Assembly (NCBI GenBank): GCA_951406725.2
Contig: OX597835.1
Location: forward strand, 12,462,001 to 12,526,000
DNA length: 64,000 nucleotides
Source of the DNA: Octopus vulgaris
Taxonomy: Eukaryota
Direction of reading: 5' to 3'
Positions 26,646 to 37,500 of this stretch are shown piece by piece. The stretch's first letter is position 1; each line of letters starts with the position of its first letter. Under the pieces are notes generated by a model. It was given only the letters and a program-made list of their open reading frames with translations, did no database searches and was not told the DNA's origin. Position numbers and translations under genes: made by a program.

Positions 26646-27941
26646 GAAAGATGCCTGTTGTTATGTCCTGTTATTATTATTATTATTGTTTTATTTGTAT
26701 TATTTTTGTATTTATATTCGTGTAACATCGTCTGTTTTTCTGTCCTTGTTTCGTATACATTCGATGCTTTTCTCCAAGGAATCTAATGCTCATAGCTTAG
26801 TTTTTCCTTGGGGCTGGCCAGATTGGAGCAATCTCAAGATTGGTCAGCCGAAATTGCGAGGATGATCTGGTTCTTGACTGAAGATAAAAGGCTTCGAATG
26901 ACCCGTCCTTGTTTTTTTGTATCGTCTACCTGGATGTTTTGTTGTCCCCTCTTGTATCACCTAGTTGTCCATATGTTTTGCGTTCTTGTCCCATTTTGTA
27001 TTTTATTTTATATATGAATAGTAGTACCCTCAATATAATATAAATAAATATTTTCAAAGTGGAAAAATTTACGGATTTTTTCCTCTTACAAGGTTTTTCA
27101 TGCTAACTACTGATAGTTTCTTATAAAGATTTTATCCTCAATTGTAAATTTATATTTTTCACCGGAATAGTTCAATACTGAATTTTTGTTCCGAGTAAGC
27201 AATTTGTTACCGAAATGCATTGCGAATAAGCCCGCCATTTTCATAGATATGTAAAGATAAACATTCGTACATGCTACGACGAATTCTACGGTTGGCCATC
27301 GGGTTTGTAACGTTATGTTTTTTCTTATATGTCTTGAGTTTGTTGCACTGATGAACATAGAATGCATATTCTGCATTAATTGCGAAATCACAGGTGATAT
27401 GTAACTAAATTCTTTTTTTAAATGACTTGCTTTGAAGTTTTGCATTCGGTAAAATTTTGTCTATTTTAGTAGTTTTGACCGCATTGGTCCCTCTTAGCGT
27501 GCGGTGTCTATGAATAGTAGTACCCTCAAAATAATATAAATATATATATATATATATATGTATTTTGTCCAACATCAAATTTTTGTACATTTTGCGTTTT
27601 TATATATTTTTCACTACAATTCATCACATGGAGCTTCTTTTAGTTTCCATCTACCAAATCCACTCACAAGGCTACCTATATCTGTGTGTGTGTGTGTGTG
27701 TCCCCGTGTCAACACATTTAAACAATTTAGAATTTCTTCATTTTTCTTTTTTTCAGGGTAGAGAAGAATATTTTAAAAATATACAAAATTTTGAAGAAAA
27801 TACATTCATTCATCCAGGTATCTATCTCTTAATTATCTGTATTCATGTTTATTTGTAATCAAATATATGCTTTTGCAATTTACCTGCATTCACCTGTGTT
27901 TACATATGTACACCTGTATTCACTCACTAACAACTGGCTAT

Positions 27942-27976
<35 letters not shown>

Positions 27977-30900
27977 GGCCTTTATATGCATGAGTATATG
28001 TGTATGTGTGTCTGTGTCTAGCATGTAAAAGGCACCCATTGCACTCTCAGAGTGGTTGGCGTGAGGAAGGGCATCTAGCCATAGAAACCATGCCAAAATC
28101 GGAGTGGAACCTGGTGCTGCTCTCTGGTTACCAATCCCAGTCAAATTGTCTAATTCATGCCAGTATGGAAAACAGATGTCTAATGATGATGATGATGGTG
28201 TGTGTGTGTGTGTACAGGTGTGTGCGTGTGCACGGGTGTGTGTGTACAGGTGTGTGTGTACGAGTGTGTGCGCGTGTACAGGTGTGTGCGTGTGTATGTG
28301 TACAGGTGTGTGCATGTGTACGGGTGTGTGCGTGTGTATGGGTGTGTGCGTGCATGTGTACGGGTGTGTGTGTGTGTACGGGTGTGTGTGTGTATACAGG
28401 TGTGTGTGTGTACAGGTGTGTGTGTGGGTGTAGGGTGTGTGTGTGTACAGGTGTGTGTGTACGGGTGTGTATGTGTGTACGGGTGTTCGTGTGTACGGGT
28501 GTGTGTGTGTACAGGTGTGTGCATGTGTATGGGTGTGTGTGTGTACAGGTGTGTGTGTGTGCGTGTGTACGGATGTGCGTGTGTACAGGTGTGTGTGCAT
28601 GTGTACGGGTGTGTGCATGTGTACCGGTGTGTCTGTGTGTACAGGTGTGTGTGTGTACGGGTGTTTATGGGTGTGTGTGTACGGGTGTGTGCATGTGTAC
28701 GGGGGTGTGTGTGTGTACGGATGTGTGTACAGGTGTGTGCGTATGTACAGGTCCAGACAAGAAGATGAAAACCAAACTCAATGCTAGAAAGTAAGAGTTG
28801 TTTTTTGCCATTTCAGCTGTCACATCATCACCATCATCATCACCATCATCTTCATCATTATTACCCATCATCATCATCATCATCATCATCAAAACGTTTG
28901 CTGTCTCCCACTTTCTATTTGTAGATGCTGCTGCACCACCCAAACAACATTCAAAGACTCCTGCAATACCAAATCCTAAGATTAAGTATAACGCTTTGTT
29001 CTTTGTTTCGAAGTTTTGGAAATTTTTGGCAAATTATTTTGTTATTGGTGTGAGATGTTATTTTTCTCTGTCTTTGTGTATTTGCAGAAATATTCAGAAG
29101 ACGCTCCAGGATCTGGTGTCTCCAGGTATGCGATTTAAGTTTAATTCTCTTTCCTTCATCATCATCATCATCATCGTTTAGTGTCCGTTTTCCATACTGG
29201 CATGGGTTGGATGGTTCAACTGAGGTCTGGGAAGCCAGAAGGCTGCACCAGGCCCAGTCTGATCTGGCAATGTTTCTACGGCTGGATGCCCTTCCTAACG
29301 CCAACCACTCCGTTAGGAAGGGCATCCTTATTAATCATAATTATTTCTTTATTTCTTTACTACCCCTAGGGGGTTAAGCATAGAGGGGACAAACAAGGGC
29401 AGACAAAGGGATTAAGTTGATTACATCGACCCCAGTGTGCAACTGGTACTTAATTTATCGACCCTGAAAGGATAAAAGGCAAAGTTGACCTTGTTGGAAT
29501 TTGAACTTAGAACGCAACAGCAGACGAAATACCTATTTCTTTACTACCCACAAGGGGCTAAACACAGAGGGGACAAACAAGGACAGACAAAGGGATTAAG
29601 TTGATTACATCGACTGTGTAACTGGTACTTAATTTATTGACCCTGAAAGGATGAAAGGCAAAGTTGACCTCGGCAGAATTTGAACTTAGAATGTAACAGC
29701 AGACGAAATACCTATTTCTTTACTACCCACAAGGGGCTAAACACAGAGGGGACAAACAAGGGCAGACAAAGGGATTAAGTCGATTACATCGACCCTAGTG
29801 TGTAACTGGTACTTAATTTATTGACCCTGAAAGGATAAAAGGCAAAGTTGGCCTCGGCGGAATTTGAACTCAGAACGTAACAGCAGATGAAATACCGCTA
29901 AGCATTTTGCCCAGCATGCTAACATTTCTGCCAACTTGCCGCCTTTTAATGATAATGTTAGGGTGCTGCCCTCAAGATTGCAAGGTCATGGTTTCAATTC
30001 CCAGACAGGCAGCGAGCTGGCAGAATCGTGAGCACGCCAGGCGAAATGCTTAGCAGTGTTTCGTCTGCTGCTGCGTTCTGAGTTCAAATTCCGCCGAGGT
30101 CGACTTTGCCTTTCATCCTTTCAGGGTCGATTAAATAAGTACCAGTTACGCACTGGGGTCAATATAATCGACTTAATCCGTTTGTCTGTCCTTGTTTGTC
30201 TTCTCCGTGTTTAGCCCCTTGTGGGTAGTGAAGAAATAGGTGTTGCATTGTGTTCATGTTGTCCCAGTCCACTCTGCTGTAAATGGGTGACCCTCTGACA
30301 GACTGGCGATCCATTCAGGGGCAACATTGGTTTGCCCACCTACCCAGTTGGGGGCGGCATCATTTGATAGCTGCAACAATGCGAGGAAGCACATTGTAGT
30401 CAGCAATAGATAGCAACATCCCATAGTCTGGCCGATACAATGATCAATCATATGGAAAGCATTTTATCATCCTCCTCCTCATCATCATCATCGATTAATG
30501 TCCATTTTCCATGCTGGCTTGGGTGGGACAGTTTGACCAGAGCTGGTAAGGCCAGGGCCCGCACCAGGCATCATTGTCTGCTCTGGAATGGTTTCTACAA
30601 CTCGACACCCTTCCTTATGCCAAACTCTTCATTCTATTCTGTCTGGTTTTGAGTAATGAGCACCAGACTTTTCAAGGAAAGACAAAGATGTGTGTCCCAA
30701 CTTCAACTGCTACAGGGGTAAATAGTTGAGTCGCAAATCTGACAGACCAAGTCATGGGAGAGATGTAAACAAGACAGACCAGGGTGTAAAAGAAGTTTAA
30801 CCCTTTAGTGTTCTGATTATTCAATCAAACATAATGCTTATTGATTCCCATTGATTTGAATTAATCATGCATTATCTCATATCTTCAAGATCTTGATGGT

Positions 30901-32761
30901 GTAATTACTTAATGTAGAATAACATTGTAGGGTAGGTGTGAGGGCCTGGATCTGGTCAGTTTGAACATAAAACAGATTAAATATTTTGGCCGGATATGGC
31001 CAGTTTAAATACTAAAGGGTTAAATGTGATAGATCAAGATATGGAGGAGGGCTGAGTGTGACAGACGAAGACATGAAAAGGGTCTGAATATGATAGACCA
31101 AGGTATGCTATATGTCTAAATGTGATAGACCAAAGTATCAAAGAGGTCTAAATGTGGTTAACCAAGACATGAAAGGGGTGGAAATATGATTGACCAGGCC
31201 GGCTAATTGAGGTGTTTTTCCTGCAGAATAAGGTCAATTCTGCAAAGGTAACAGATGACTTGCCATGAATACTTGTTTCCTTCTGTGTTGGCAGAACTAT
31301 TTGAATTATGCGGTATGTTGACCCCTCAGGATTTAAACTGGCCATATCATCATCATCATCATCATCATCGTCATTTAACATCCGCTTTCCATGGTTGGAC
31401 GATTTGACTGGGGACTGGCGAACCAGATGGCTGCACAGATTCCAATCTGATCTGGCAGAGTTTCAACAGCTGGATGCCCTTCCTAACGCCAACCACTCGC
31501 AGTATGTAGTTGGTGCTTTTACGTGCCACTGGCATGAGGGCCAGTCAGGCAGTACTGGCAATGGCCATGCTCAAGTGGTGATTTTTACGTGCCACCTGCA
31601 CAGGAGCCAGTCCAGCAGCACTGGCAATGACCTTGCTCAAAAAAATCCTAAATACCTAAATTTCACAAAATTTTGAATGCAAAAACACTTAAAAGTCTTT
31701 AAGGTTTTTTTGGATTTATATGAAAACAATGTAATGATACGGATATGATGCAACTAAGCTATTAAACAGTTGAAGAAATAAATGAAAAAAAAAGACCCTT
31801 TATCATCCGTCCCACAATTTCCTACCCAATTTATGTTCAAACTGGCAAGATCTGGCTTCTCACACCTACCCAACAATGTCATTCTAAAAGTAAACAATTA
31901 CATTGTTGAAATCTGAGAGCGACGAGATAATGCAGGATTAATTCAAATCAATGTGAATAAATAAGGATTACATTTGAGAGAGTAATCATCATCATCATCA
32001 TCATCATCGTTTAGCGTCCGCTTTCCATGCTGGCATGGGTTGGACGGTGCAACTGGGGTCTGGGAAGCCAGAAGGCTGCACCAGGCCCAGTCTGATCTGG
32101 CAGTGTTTCTACGGCTGGATGCCCTTCCTAACGCCAACCACTTCGTGAGTGTAGTGGGTGCTTTTTACGTGCCACCTGCACTGGTGCCAGATGAGGCTGG
32201 CAAACGGCCATGGTCAGATGGTGCTTTTTACATGCCACCGGCACGGAGGCCAGGCGAGGCTGGCAGACGGCCACAGTCGTTTGGTGCTTTTTACGTGCCA
32301 CCGGCACGGAAGTAATCTGAATGCTAAATGATTAAATCTTGATAGATTGTTTTCTTTTGTATTTGAAGCTCTAGACAACCCATGAAATACTATTTCATGA
32401 TCAGTCTTATGCTCAGACAATTCTGTATTACTAAAGTTTATTGTCTTTTGTTATTTTTTTATTCACAGTTAACGACAGATATCCACAGTTGCAACCATTA
32501 AAAATGAGAAAAAGTTTGAAATACAGACCACCGCCAAAGAAAAAATCTGGAGACAAAATGTACCGAAAATTGTGGACAGAGGAACAAGAAGAAGAGTTCT
32601 ATGAGGCTGTGAAGCTCATGGGAGTTGGTAAATGGGCTGAAATCCGAGACTATTTGGGCACTCACCGGAGCAACGTTAACCTGAAAGATAAATGGAGGAG
32701 TTTCATACAAACGGGGAGGATGAAAGCCTTGAGTGCTAAGTTTGGTCCCATTTCCTCGTGA
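9321..32761 (+). CDS. TERF-like: Telomeric repeat-binding factor (TRF1/TRF2-like; TRFH + telobox Myb), spliced gene model, ~405 aa
   Basis: join(9321..9450,11661..11878,12978..13064,20011..20160,22323..22393,25504..25633,27757..27817,28751..28790,29088..29125,32469..32761). All introns are GT-AG, phases 1,0,0,0,2,0,1,2,1 are mutually consistent, total 1218 nt. Motifs are collinear with vertebrate TRFH and the protein ends in a Myb domain with LKDKWR. Exon 8 is uncertain. Confidence 0.85.
9531..10242 (+). mobile_element. SINE family A head-to-tail tetramer
   Basis: Four ~180-bp bodies joined at AAGAAATAG|GTATTTC. Confidence 0.85.
10756..11497 (-). mobile_element. SINE family A head-to-tail tetramer, opposite orientation
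   Basis: Four ~183-bp units, reverse complement of the 9531-10242 array. Confidence 0.85.
11661..11878 (+). CDS. TRF-like exon 2 (TRFH)
   Basis: Acceptor tttgtttcAG, donor GTGAGT; [28 protein letters not shown]...FFSQLKKQ resembles TRF1 ...YICQFLTRI...IQNLIKIQ. Confidence 0.85.
12978..13064 (+). CDS. TRF-like exon 3 (TRFH)
   Basis: Acceptor tttttatatcAG, donor GTAAGT, 87 nt phase 0/0; [21 protein letters not shown] resembles TRF1 AIAVCMENGNFKEAEEVFERI. Confidence 0.8.
13157..13449 (+). mobile_element. 5'-truncated CR1/L2-type LINE 3' end
   Basis: [51 protein letters not shown]; (CTAA)n tail; AATTTC duplicated at 13151-13156 and 13450-13455. Confidence 0.8.
13503..13985 (-). mobile_element. 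SINE family D with (GAT)n tail and internal ~59-bp subrepeats
   Basis: (CAT)n-TTTAGCGTCC...CTTCCTAACGCCAACCACTC followed by GGTGCTTTTTACGTGCCACCGGCACGGAGGCC repeats. Copies at 20591, 25660-25980, 29155, 31345, 31986 and 42601. Confidence 0.75.
17201..19608. repeat. Tandem array of 10 TTAA-flanked MITEs (family 2), ~255-bp period
   Basis: Unit TTAA-CCCTTTTGTTACC...GGTAACAAAAGGG-TTAA plus constant 23-bp spacer AATATATAATAGAGAAACAATTC; the first copy is internally deleted. Confidence 0.9.
20011..20160 (+). CDS. TRF-like exon 4 (TRFH C-terminal part)
   Basis: Acceptor tctttttaAG, donor GTAATT, 150 nt; ends [18 protein letters not shown], like TRF1 SYVNYVLSEKSSTFLMK. Confidence 0.8.
21642..21889. 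repeat. 59-bp minisatellite, ~4.2 copies
   Basis: Unit GTTAATTGCTGAAATGAGAATTTAAAAACAGAAAGTTCGTTTAAATTTGAAACTGCATC. Confidence 0.85.
22323..22393 (+). CDS. TRF-like exon 5
   Basis: Acceptor cctgtgtttAG, donor GTATGT; [10 protein letters not shown] continues the TRFH end (TRF1 AAAKVVESKR); phase 0 to 2. Confidence 0.8.
23521..23597 (+). ncRNA. Type I hammerhead ribozyme-like motif inside a 60-bp inverted repeat element
   Basis: CTGATGA (23527) - stem II AGAT/ATCT, TCAAG/CTTGA, ATATG/CATAT - GAAA - palindromic CCGG - TC; stem I TTGG/CCGG. IR arms at 23446-23505 and 23732-23791. Confidence 0.65.
25042..25449 (+). mobile_element. SINE family A dimer
   Basis: Same AAGAAATAG|GTATTTC junction at ~25265. 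Confidence 0.85.
25504..25633 (+). CDS. TRF-like exon 6 (linker)
   Basis: Acceptor cttatttcAG, donor GTAAAT; [20 protein letters not shown]...KLRNIWKK; phase 2 to 0. Confidence 0.75.
27757..27817 (+). CDS. TRF-like exon 7 (linker)
   Basis: Long polypyrimidine acceptor tttttcttttttcAG, donor GTATCT; [20 protein letters not shown]; phase 0 to 1. Confidence 0.7.
28199..28750. repeat. Degenerate (TG)n-TAC(A/G)GG minisatellite
   Basis: Repeated GTGTGTGTACAGG / GTGTGTACGG units. Confidence 0.9.
28751..28790 (+). CDS. TRF-like candidate exon 8a
   Basis: tacAG acceptor at the end of a TG-rich minisatellite, donor GTAAGA; [14 protein letters not shown]; phase 1 to 2 bridges exons 7 and 9. Confidence 0.5.
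28925..28985 (+). CDS. TRF-like candidate exon 8b (alternative to 8a)
   Basis: Good acceptor ctttctatttgtAG, weak donor GTATAA; [21 protein letters not shown]; also phase 1 to 2. Confidence 0.4.
29088..29125 (+). CDS. TRF-like exon 9
   Basis: Acceptor gtatttgcAG, donor GTATGC; [12 protein letters not shown]; phase 2 to 1 matches the last exon. Confidence 0.65.
29341..30241. mobile_element. SINE family A trimer (-, 29341-29945) and monomer (+, 30008-30241), head-to-head
   Basis: Sequence identity to other family A copies; further monomers at 44133-44360 and 54100-54330. Confidence 0.8.
32469..32761 (+). CDS. TRF-like last exon: basic NLS-like patch and telobox Myb DNA-binding domain
   Basis: Acceptor ttttttattcacAG; [47 protein letters not shown] has three spaced Trp and the telobox LKD(K/R)WR; stop TGA ends 32761. 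Confidence 0.92.
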
Positions 32762-32860
32762 TTAGGGAGCTGGGGAGTGCCTTTATTATTTCCTTCTTGG
32801 TTGATTCCTCAAACAGCTGGTGAGGGAGGAAGGACAGATTATATATGTATATATGTGTGC

Positions 32861-32925
<65 letters not shown>

Positions 32926-32926
<1 letters not shown>

Positions 32927-33029
32927 TTTATTTAAAAGCAGCAGAAATTCAACAAAACCTGTTACTCTGAGTTTCACGTTCCCGTTCGTCGGACGGTTTT
33001 TGTTGAATTTCTGCTGCTTTTGAATAAAG
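32926..33029 (-). ncRNA. Hairpin element with hammerhead-like core in its loop
   Basis: ~33-bp IR arms; minus strand loop CCGACGA-ACG(GGAA)CGT-GAAA-CTCAGAG-TA, with one core substitution versus CUGANGA; flanked by (TA)n. Confidence 0.5.
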
Positions 33030-34018
33030 CCTATTACTCTACCCCTGGTATTTGAGTACTCTTTTTTTTCACCTTGTTTCACATTTATGTGTTTACTCCG
33101 GTATATATATACATATATATATATATATGGTTTATTGGATGGACTTAAAATTTCACATTCATTGTGAAAAATTGATTTTCCACAAAGGATAAAAAAAACA
33201 AAAAAAAAACACAAAGTCAGGAAATAAAAGAAAGAATGCTTCAGGGTGGAATTTTTCTGAGCTGGAAGTCTTGAAGCATGTTGATTATTCTTACACATAT
33301 TGTAAAAATTCGTCTTCCGAACATTCATCACTCTCCTCTCTATGGCACTTACTCTCTCTTGTTGTAATTAAATGATTCCCTTCTATGCCCTCAATTACGT
33401 CTCTCTCCTTTAAACCACTTCATTTTTTTTCCCCTCCCCCACTTTCAGTATCATCCCTTACCATCTCATTTCCCGCTGAAACCCCTTTTTCCCTAAACAC
33501 CCTCTCATACCAGCTTTTAATAGGTTGTCACCCTTGCCTTCATTTCTCACTCCCTATTTCTGCTGACCTCTGCCCCCTCACAATCTAATCTTCACCATTT
33601 TTCTCTCCTACTTCATTATATACACACCTCCTTGTAATTTGGGCGTACGGCTCCTGATCCCTTCACTGTTATATCTTTACCACCTCCCCCCCCCCCCCCG
33701 CTCTGCATTTGAGGTAGCCATGTTTCTCTTCGAATGCAAGACCCCTCTTCTGTCCCTCAATACTTCTACCCCCACCACCACCACCAATTGAGAGGTCTTG
33801 TCTTGCAAATTACTCAGTGACCTCACTGCTGCTGGTGTCACATAAAAAAAAAAGACCCAGTTACCCTCTTTGAAGCGGTTGGCGTCAGGAAGGGCTTCCA
33901 TCCTTAGAAACCACACGAAAACAGGCAGCTGGTCTCAGTGTAGTCTTCCGCCTAACCAGTCCCTCTCAGACCATCCAACCCATGCCAGCATGGAAAGCAG
34001 ACTTTAAATGATGATGAA

Positions 34019-34064
<46 letters not shown>

Positions 34065-34510
34065 CTCTAAGCTCCCATCTCTATCACTGCGCATCCCTCC
34101 CTCACCCCCCTCATCTCCCTAGCTCCCATCTACCAATAGTTTTATTATACTTTTTACTCCTCACCCCCCCCCATCTTCCTCTTCCTTGTCCCCCCCCCGC
34201 TTCTATTTCCCTCGCCCACCTCCACCCTGCCAAACCAATACAATATTCATCATTGACCATGCATCCACCTGTTGTTCACCCTCTCCTGCATTCACCACTG
34301 TCCCTGTCACTCTCCCCCCTTTCATGCCCTCGTGAACTTTCCCACCCTGTATCAACTCCTCTGGTCACATTCTCTCGTCCGCTCCTCACCCAATTATTAA
34401 GGGGGTGGAGTTGGTGGAACTTTGGCCAATAAATCATTTGCTTCATTTGCTTTGCGTTGGGTTTTCAAAAGTGTTGCGGGAAACAAGTAATGGTTAGTTC
34501 TATATTTGAA

Positions 34511-37500
34511 CCCTTCCTAACGCCAACCACTCCGAGAGTTTAAATATAACAAAGAATTTAAACCCTTTCGTTACTGCATTTATTTTGAGATGCTCTGTAT
34601 TTCTTTCAATTACTTTAAATCGTCATCATCATCATCATCGTTTAACGTCCGCTTTCCATGCTGGGGTTCAACTGGGGTCTGGGAAGCCCGAAGGCTGCAC
34701 CAGGCCAGTCAGATCTGGCAGTGTTTCTACAGCTGGATGCCCTTCCTAACGCCAACCACTCCGAGAGTTTAAATATAACAAAGAATTTAAACCCTTTCGT
34801 TACTGCATTTATTTTGAGATGCTCTGTATTTCTTTCAATTACTTTAAATCGTCATCATCATCATCATCGTTTAACGTCCGCTTTCCATGCTGGGGTTCAA
34901 CTGGGGTCTGGGAAGCCCGAAGGCTGCACCAGGCTCCAGTCTGATCTGGCAGTGTTTCTACAGCTGGATGCCCTTCCTAACGCCAACCACTCCGAGAGTT
35001 TAAATATAACAAAGAATTTAAACCCTTTCGTTACTGCATTTATTTTGAGATGCTCTGTATTTCTTTCAATTACTTTAAATCGTCATCATCATCATCATCA
35101 TCGTTTAACGTCCGCTTTCCATGCTGGGGTTCAACTGGGGGTCTGGGAAGCCCGAAGGCTGCACCAGGCCAGTCAGATCTGGCAGTGTTTCTACAGCTGG
35201 ATGCCCTTCCTAACGCCAACCACTCCGAGAGTTTAAATATAACAAAGAATTTAAACCCTTTCGTTACTGCATTTATTTTGAGATGCTCTGTATTTCTTTC
35301 AATTACTTTAAATCGTCATCATCATCATCATCGTTTAACGTCCGCTTTCCATGCTGGGGTTCAACTGGGGTCTGGGAAGCCCGAAGGCTGCACCAGGCCA
35401 GTCAGATCTGGCAGTGTTTCTACAGCTGGATGCCCTTCCTAACGCCAACCACTCCGAGAGTTTAAATATAACAAAGAATTTAAACCCTTTCGTTACTGCA
35501 TTTATTTTGAGATGCTCTGTATTTCTTTCAATTACTTTAAATCGTCATCATCATCATCATCGTTTAACGTCCGCTTTCCATGCTGGGGTTCAACTGGGGT
35601 CTGGGAAGCCCGAAGGCTGCACCAGGCCAGTCAGATCTGGCAGTGTTTCTACAGCTGGATGCCCTTCCTAACGCCAACCACTCTGAGAGTTTAAATATAA
35701 CAAAGAATTTAAACCCTTTCGTTACTGCATTTATTTTGAGATGCTCTGTATTTCTTTCAATTACTTTAAATCGTCATCATCATCATCATCGTTTAACGTC
35801 CGCTTTCCATGCTGGGGTTCAACTGGGGGTCTGGGAAGCCCGAAGGCTGCACCAGGCTCCAGTCTGATCTGGCAGTGTTTCTACAGCTGGATGCCCTTCC
35901 TAACGCCAACCACTCCGAGAGTTTAAATATAACAAAGAATTTAAACCCTTTCGTTACTGCATTTATTTTGAGATGCTCTGTATTTCTTTCAATTACTTTA
36001 AATCGTCATCATCATCATCATTGTTTAACGTCCGCTTTCCATGCTGGGGTTCAACTGGGGGTCTGGGAAGCCCGAAGGCTGCACCAGGCTCCAGTCTGAT
36101 CTGGCAGTGTTTCTACAGCTGGATGCCCTTCCTAACGCCAACCACTCCGAGAGTTTAAATATAACAAAGAATTTAAACCCTTTCGTTACTGCATTTATTT
36201 TGAGATGCTCTGTATTTCTTTCAATTACTTTAAATCGTCATCATCATCATCATCATCGTTTAACGTCCGCTTTCCATGCTGGGGTTCAACCGGGGTCTGG
36301 GAAGCCCGAAGGCTGCACCAGGCCAGTCAGATCTGGCAGTGTTTCTACAGCTGGATGCCCTTCCTAACGCCAACCACTCCGAGAGTTTAAATATAACAAA
36401 GAATTTAAACCCTTTCGTTACTGCATTTATTTTGAGATGCTCTGTATTTCTTTCAATTACTTTAAATCGTCATCATCATCATCATCGTTTAACGTCCGCT
36501 TTCCATGCTGGGGTTCAACTGGGGGTCTGGGAAGCCCGAAGGCTGCACCAGGCTCCAGTCTGATCTGGCAGTGTTTCTACAGCTGGATGCCCTTCCTAAC
36601 GCCAACCACTCCGAGAGTTTAAATATAACAAAGAATTTAAACCCTTTCGTTACTGCATTTATTTTGAGATGCTCTGTATTTCTTTCAATTACTTTAAATC
36701 GTCATCATCATCATCATCGTTTAACGTCCGCTTTCCATGCTGGGGTTCAACTGGGGGTCTGGGAAGCCCGAAGGCTGCACCAGGCTCCAGTCTGATCTGG
36801 CAGTGTTTCTACAGCTGGATGCCCTTCCTAACGCCAACCACTCCGAGAGTTTAAATATAACAAAGAATTTAAACCCTTTCGTTACTGCATTTATTTTGAG
36901 ATGCTCTGTATTTCTTTCAATTACTTTAAATCGTCATCATCATCATCATCATCGTTTAACGTCCGCTTTCCATGCTGGGGTTCAACTGGGGGTCTGGGAA
37001 GCCCGAAGGCTGCACCAGGCCAGTCAGATCTGGCAGTGTTTCTACAGCTGGATGCCCTTCCTAACGCCAACCACTCCGAGAGTTTAAATATAACAAAGAA
37101 TTTAAACCCTTTCGTTACTGCATTTATTTTGAGATGCTCTGTATTTCTTTCAATTACTTTAAATCGTCATCATCATCATCATCGTTTAACGTCCGCTTTC
37201 CATGCTGGGGTTCAACTGGGGTCTGGGAAGCCCGAAGGCTGCACCAGGCCAGTCAGATCTGGCAGTGTTTCTACAGCTGGATGCCCTTCCTAACGCCAAC
37301 CACTCCGAGAGTTTAAATATAACAAAGAATTTAAACCCTTTCGTTACTGCATTTATTTTGAGATGCTCTGTATTTCTTTCAATTACTTTAAATCGTCATC
37401 ATCATCATCATCGTTTAACGTCCGCTTTCCATGCTGGGGTTCAACTGGGGTCTGGGAAGCCCGAAGGCTGCACCAGGCCAGTCAGATCTGGCAGTGTTTC

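Noticed and set aside
26870-26910. CTGAAGA hammerhead-like box
   Set aside because: No convincing stem II or GAAA box.
27941-28794. Long Cys/Val- or His/Thr-rich ORFs
   Set aside because: TG minisatellite artefacts; the same applies to ORFs at 4.8-5.2, 8.6-9.3, 48.9-49.6, 53.2-53.9 and 60.9-62.7 kb.
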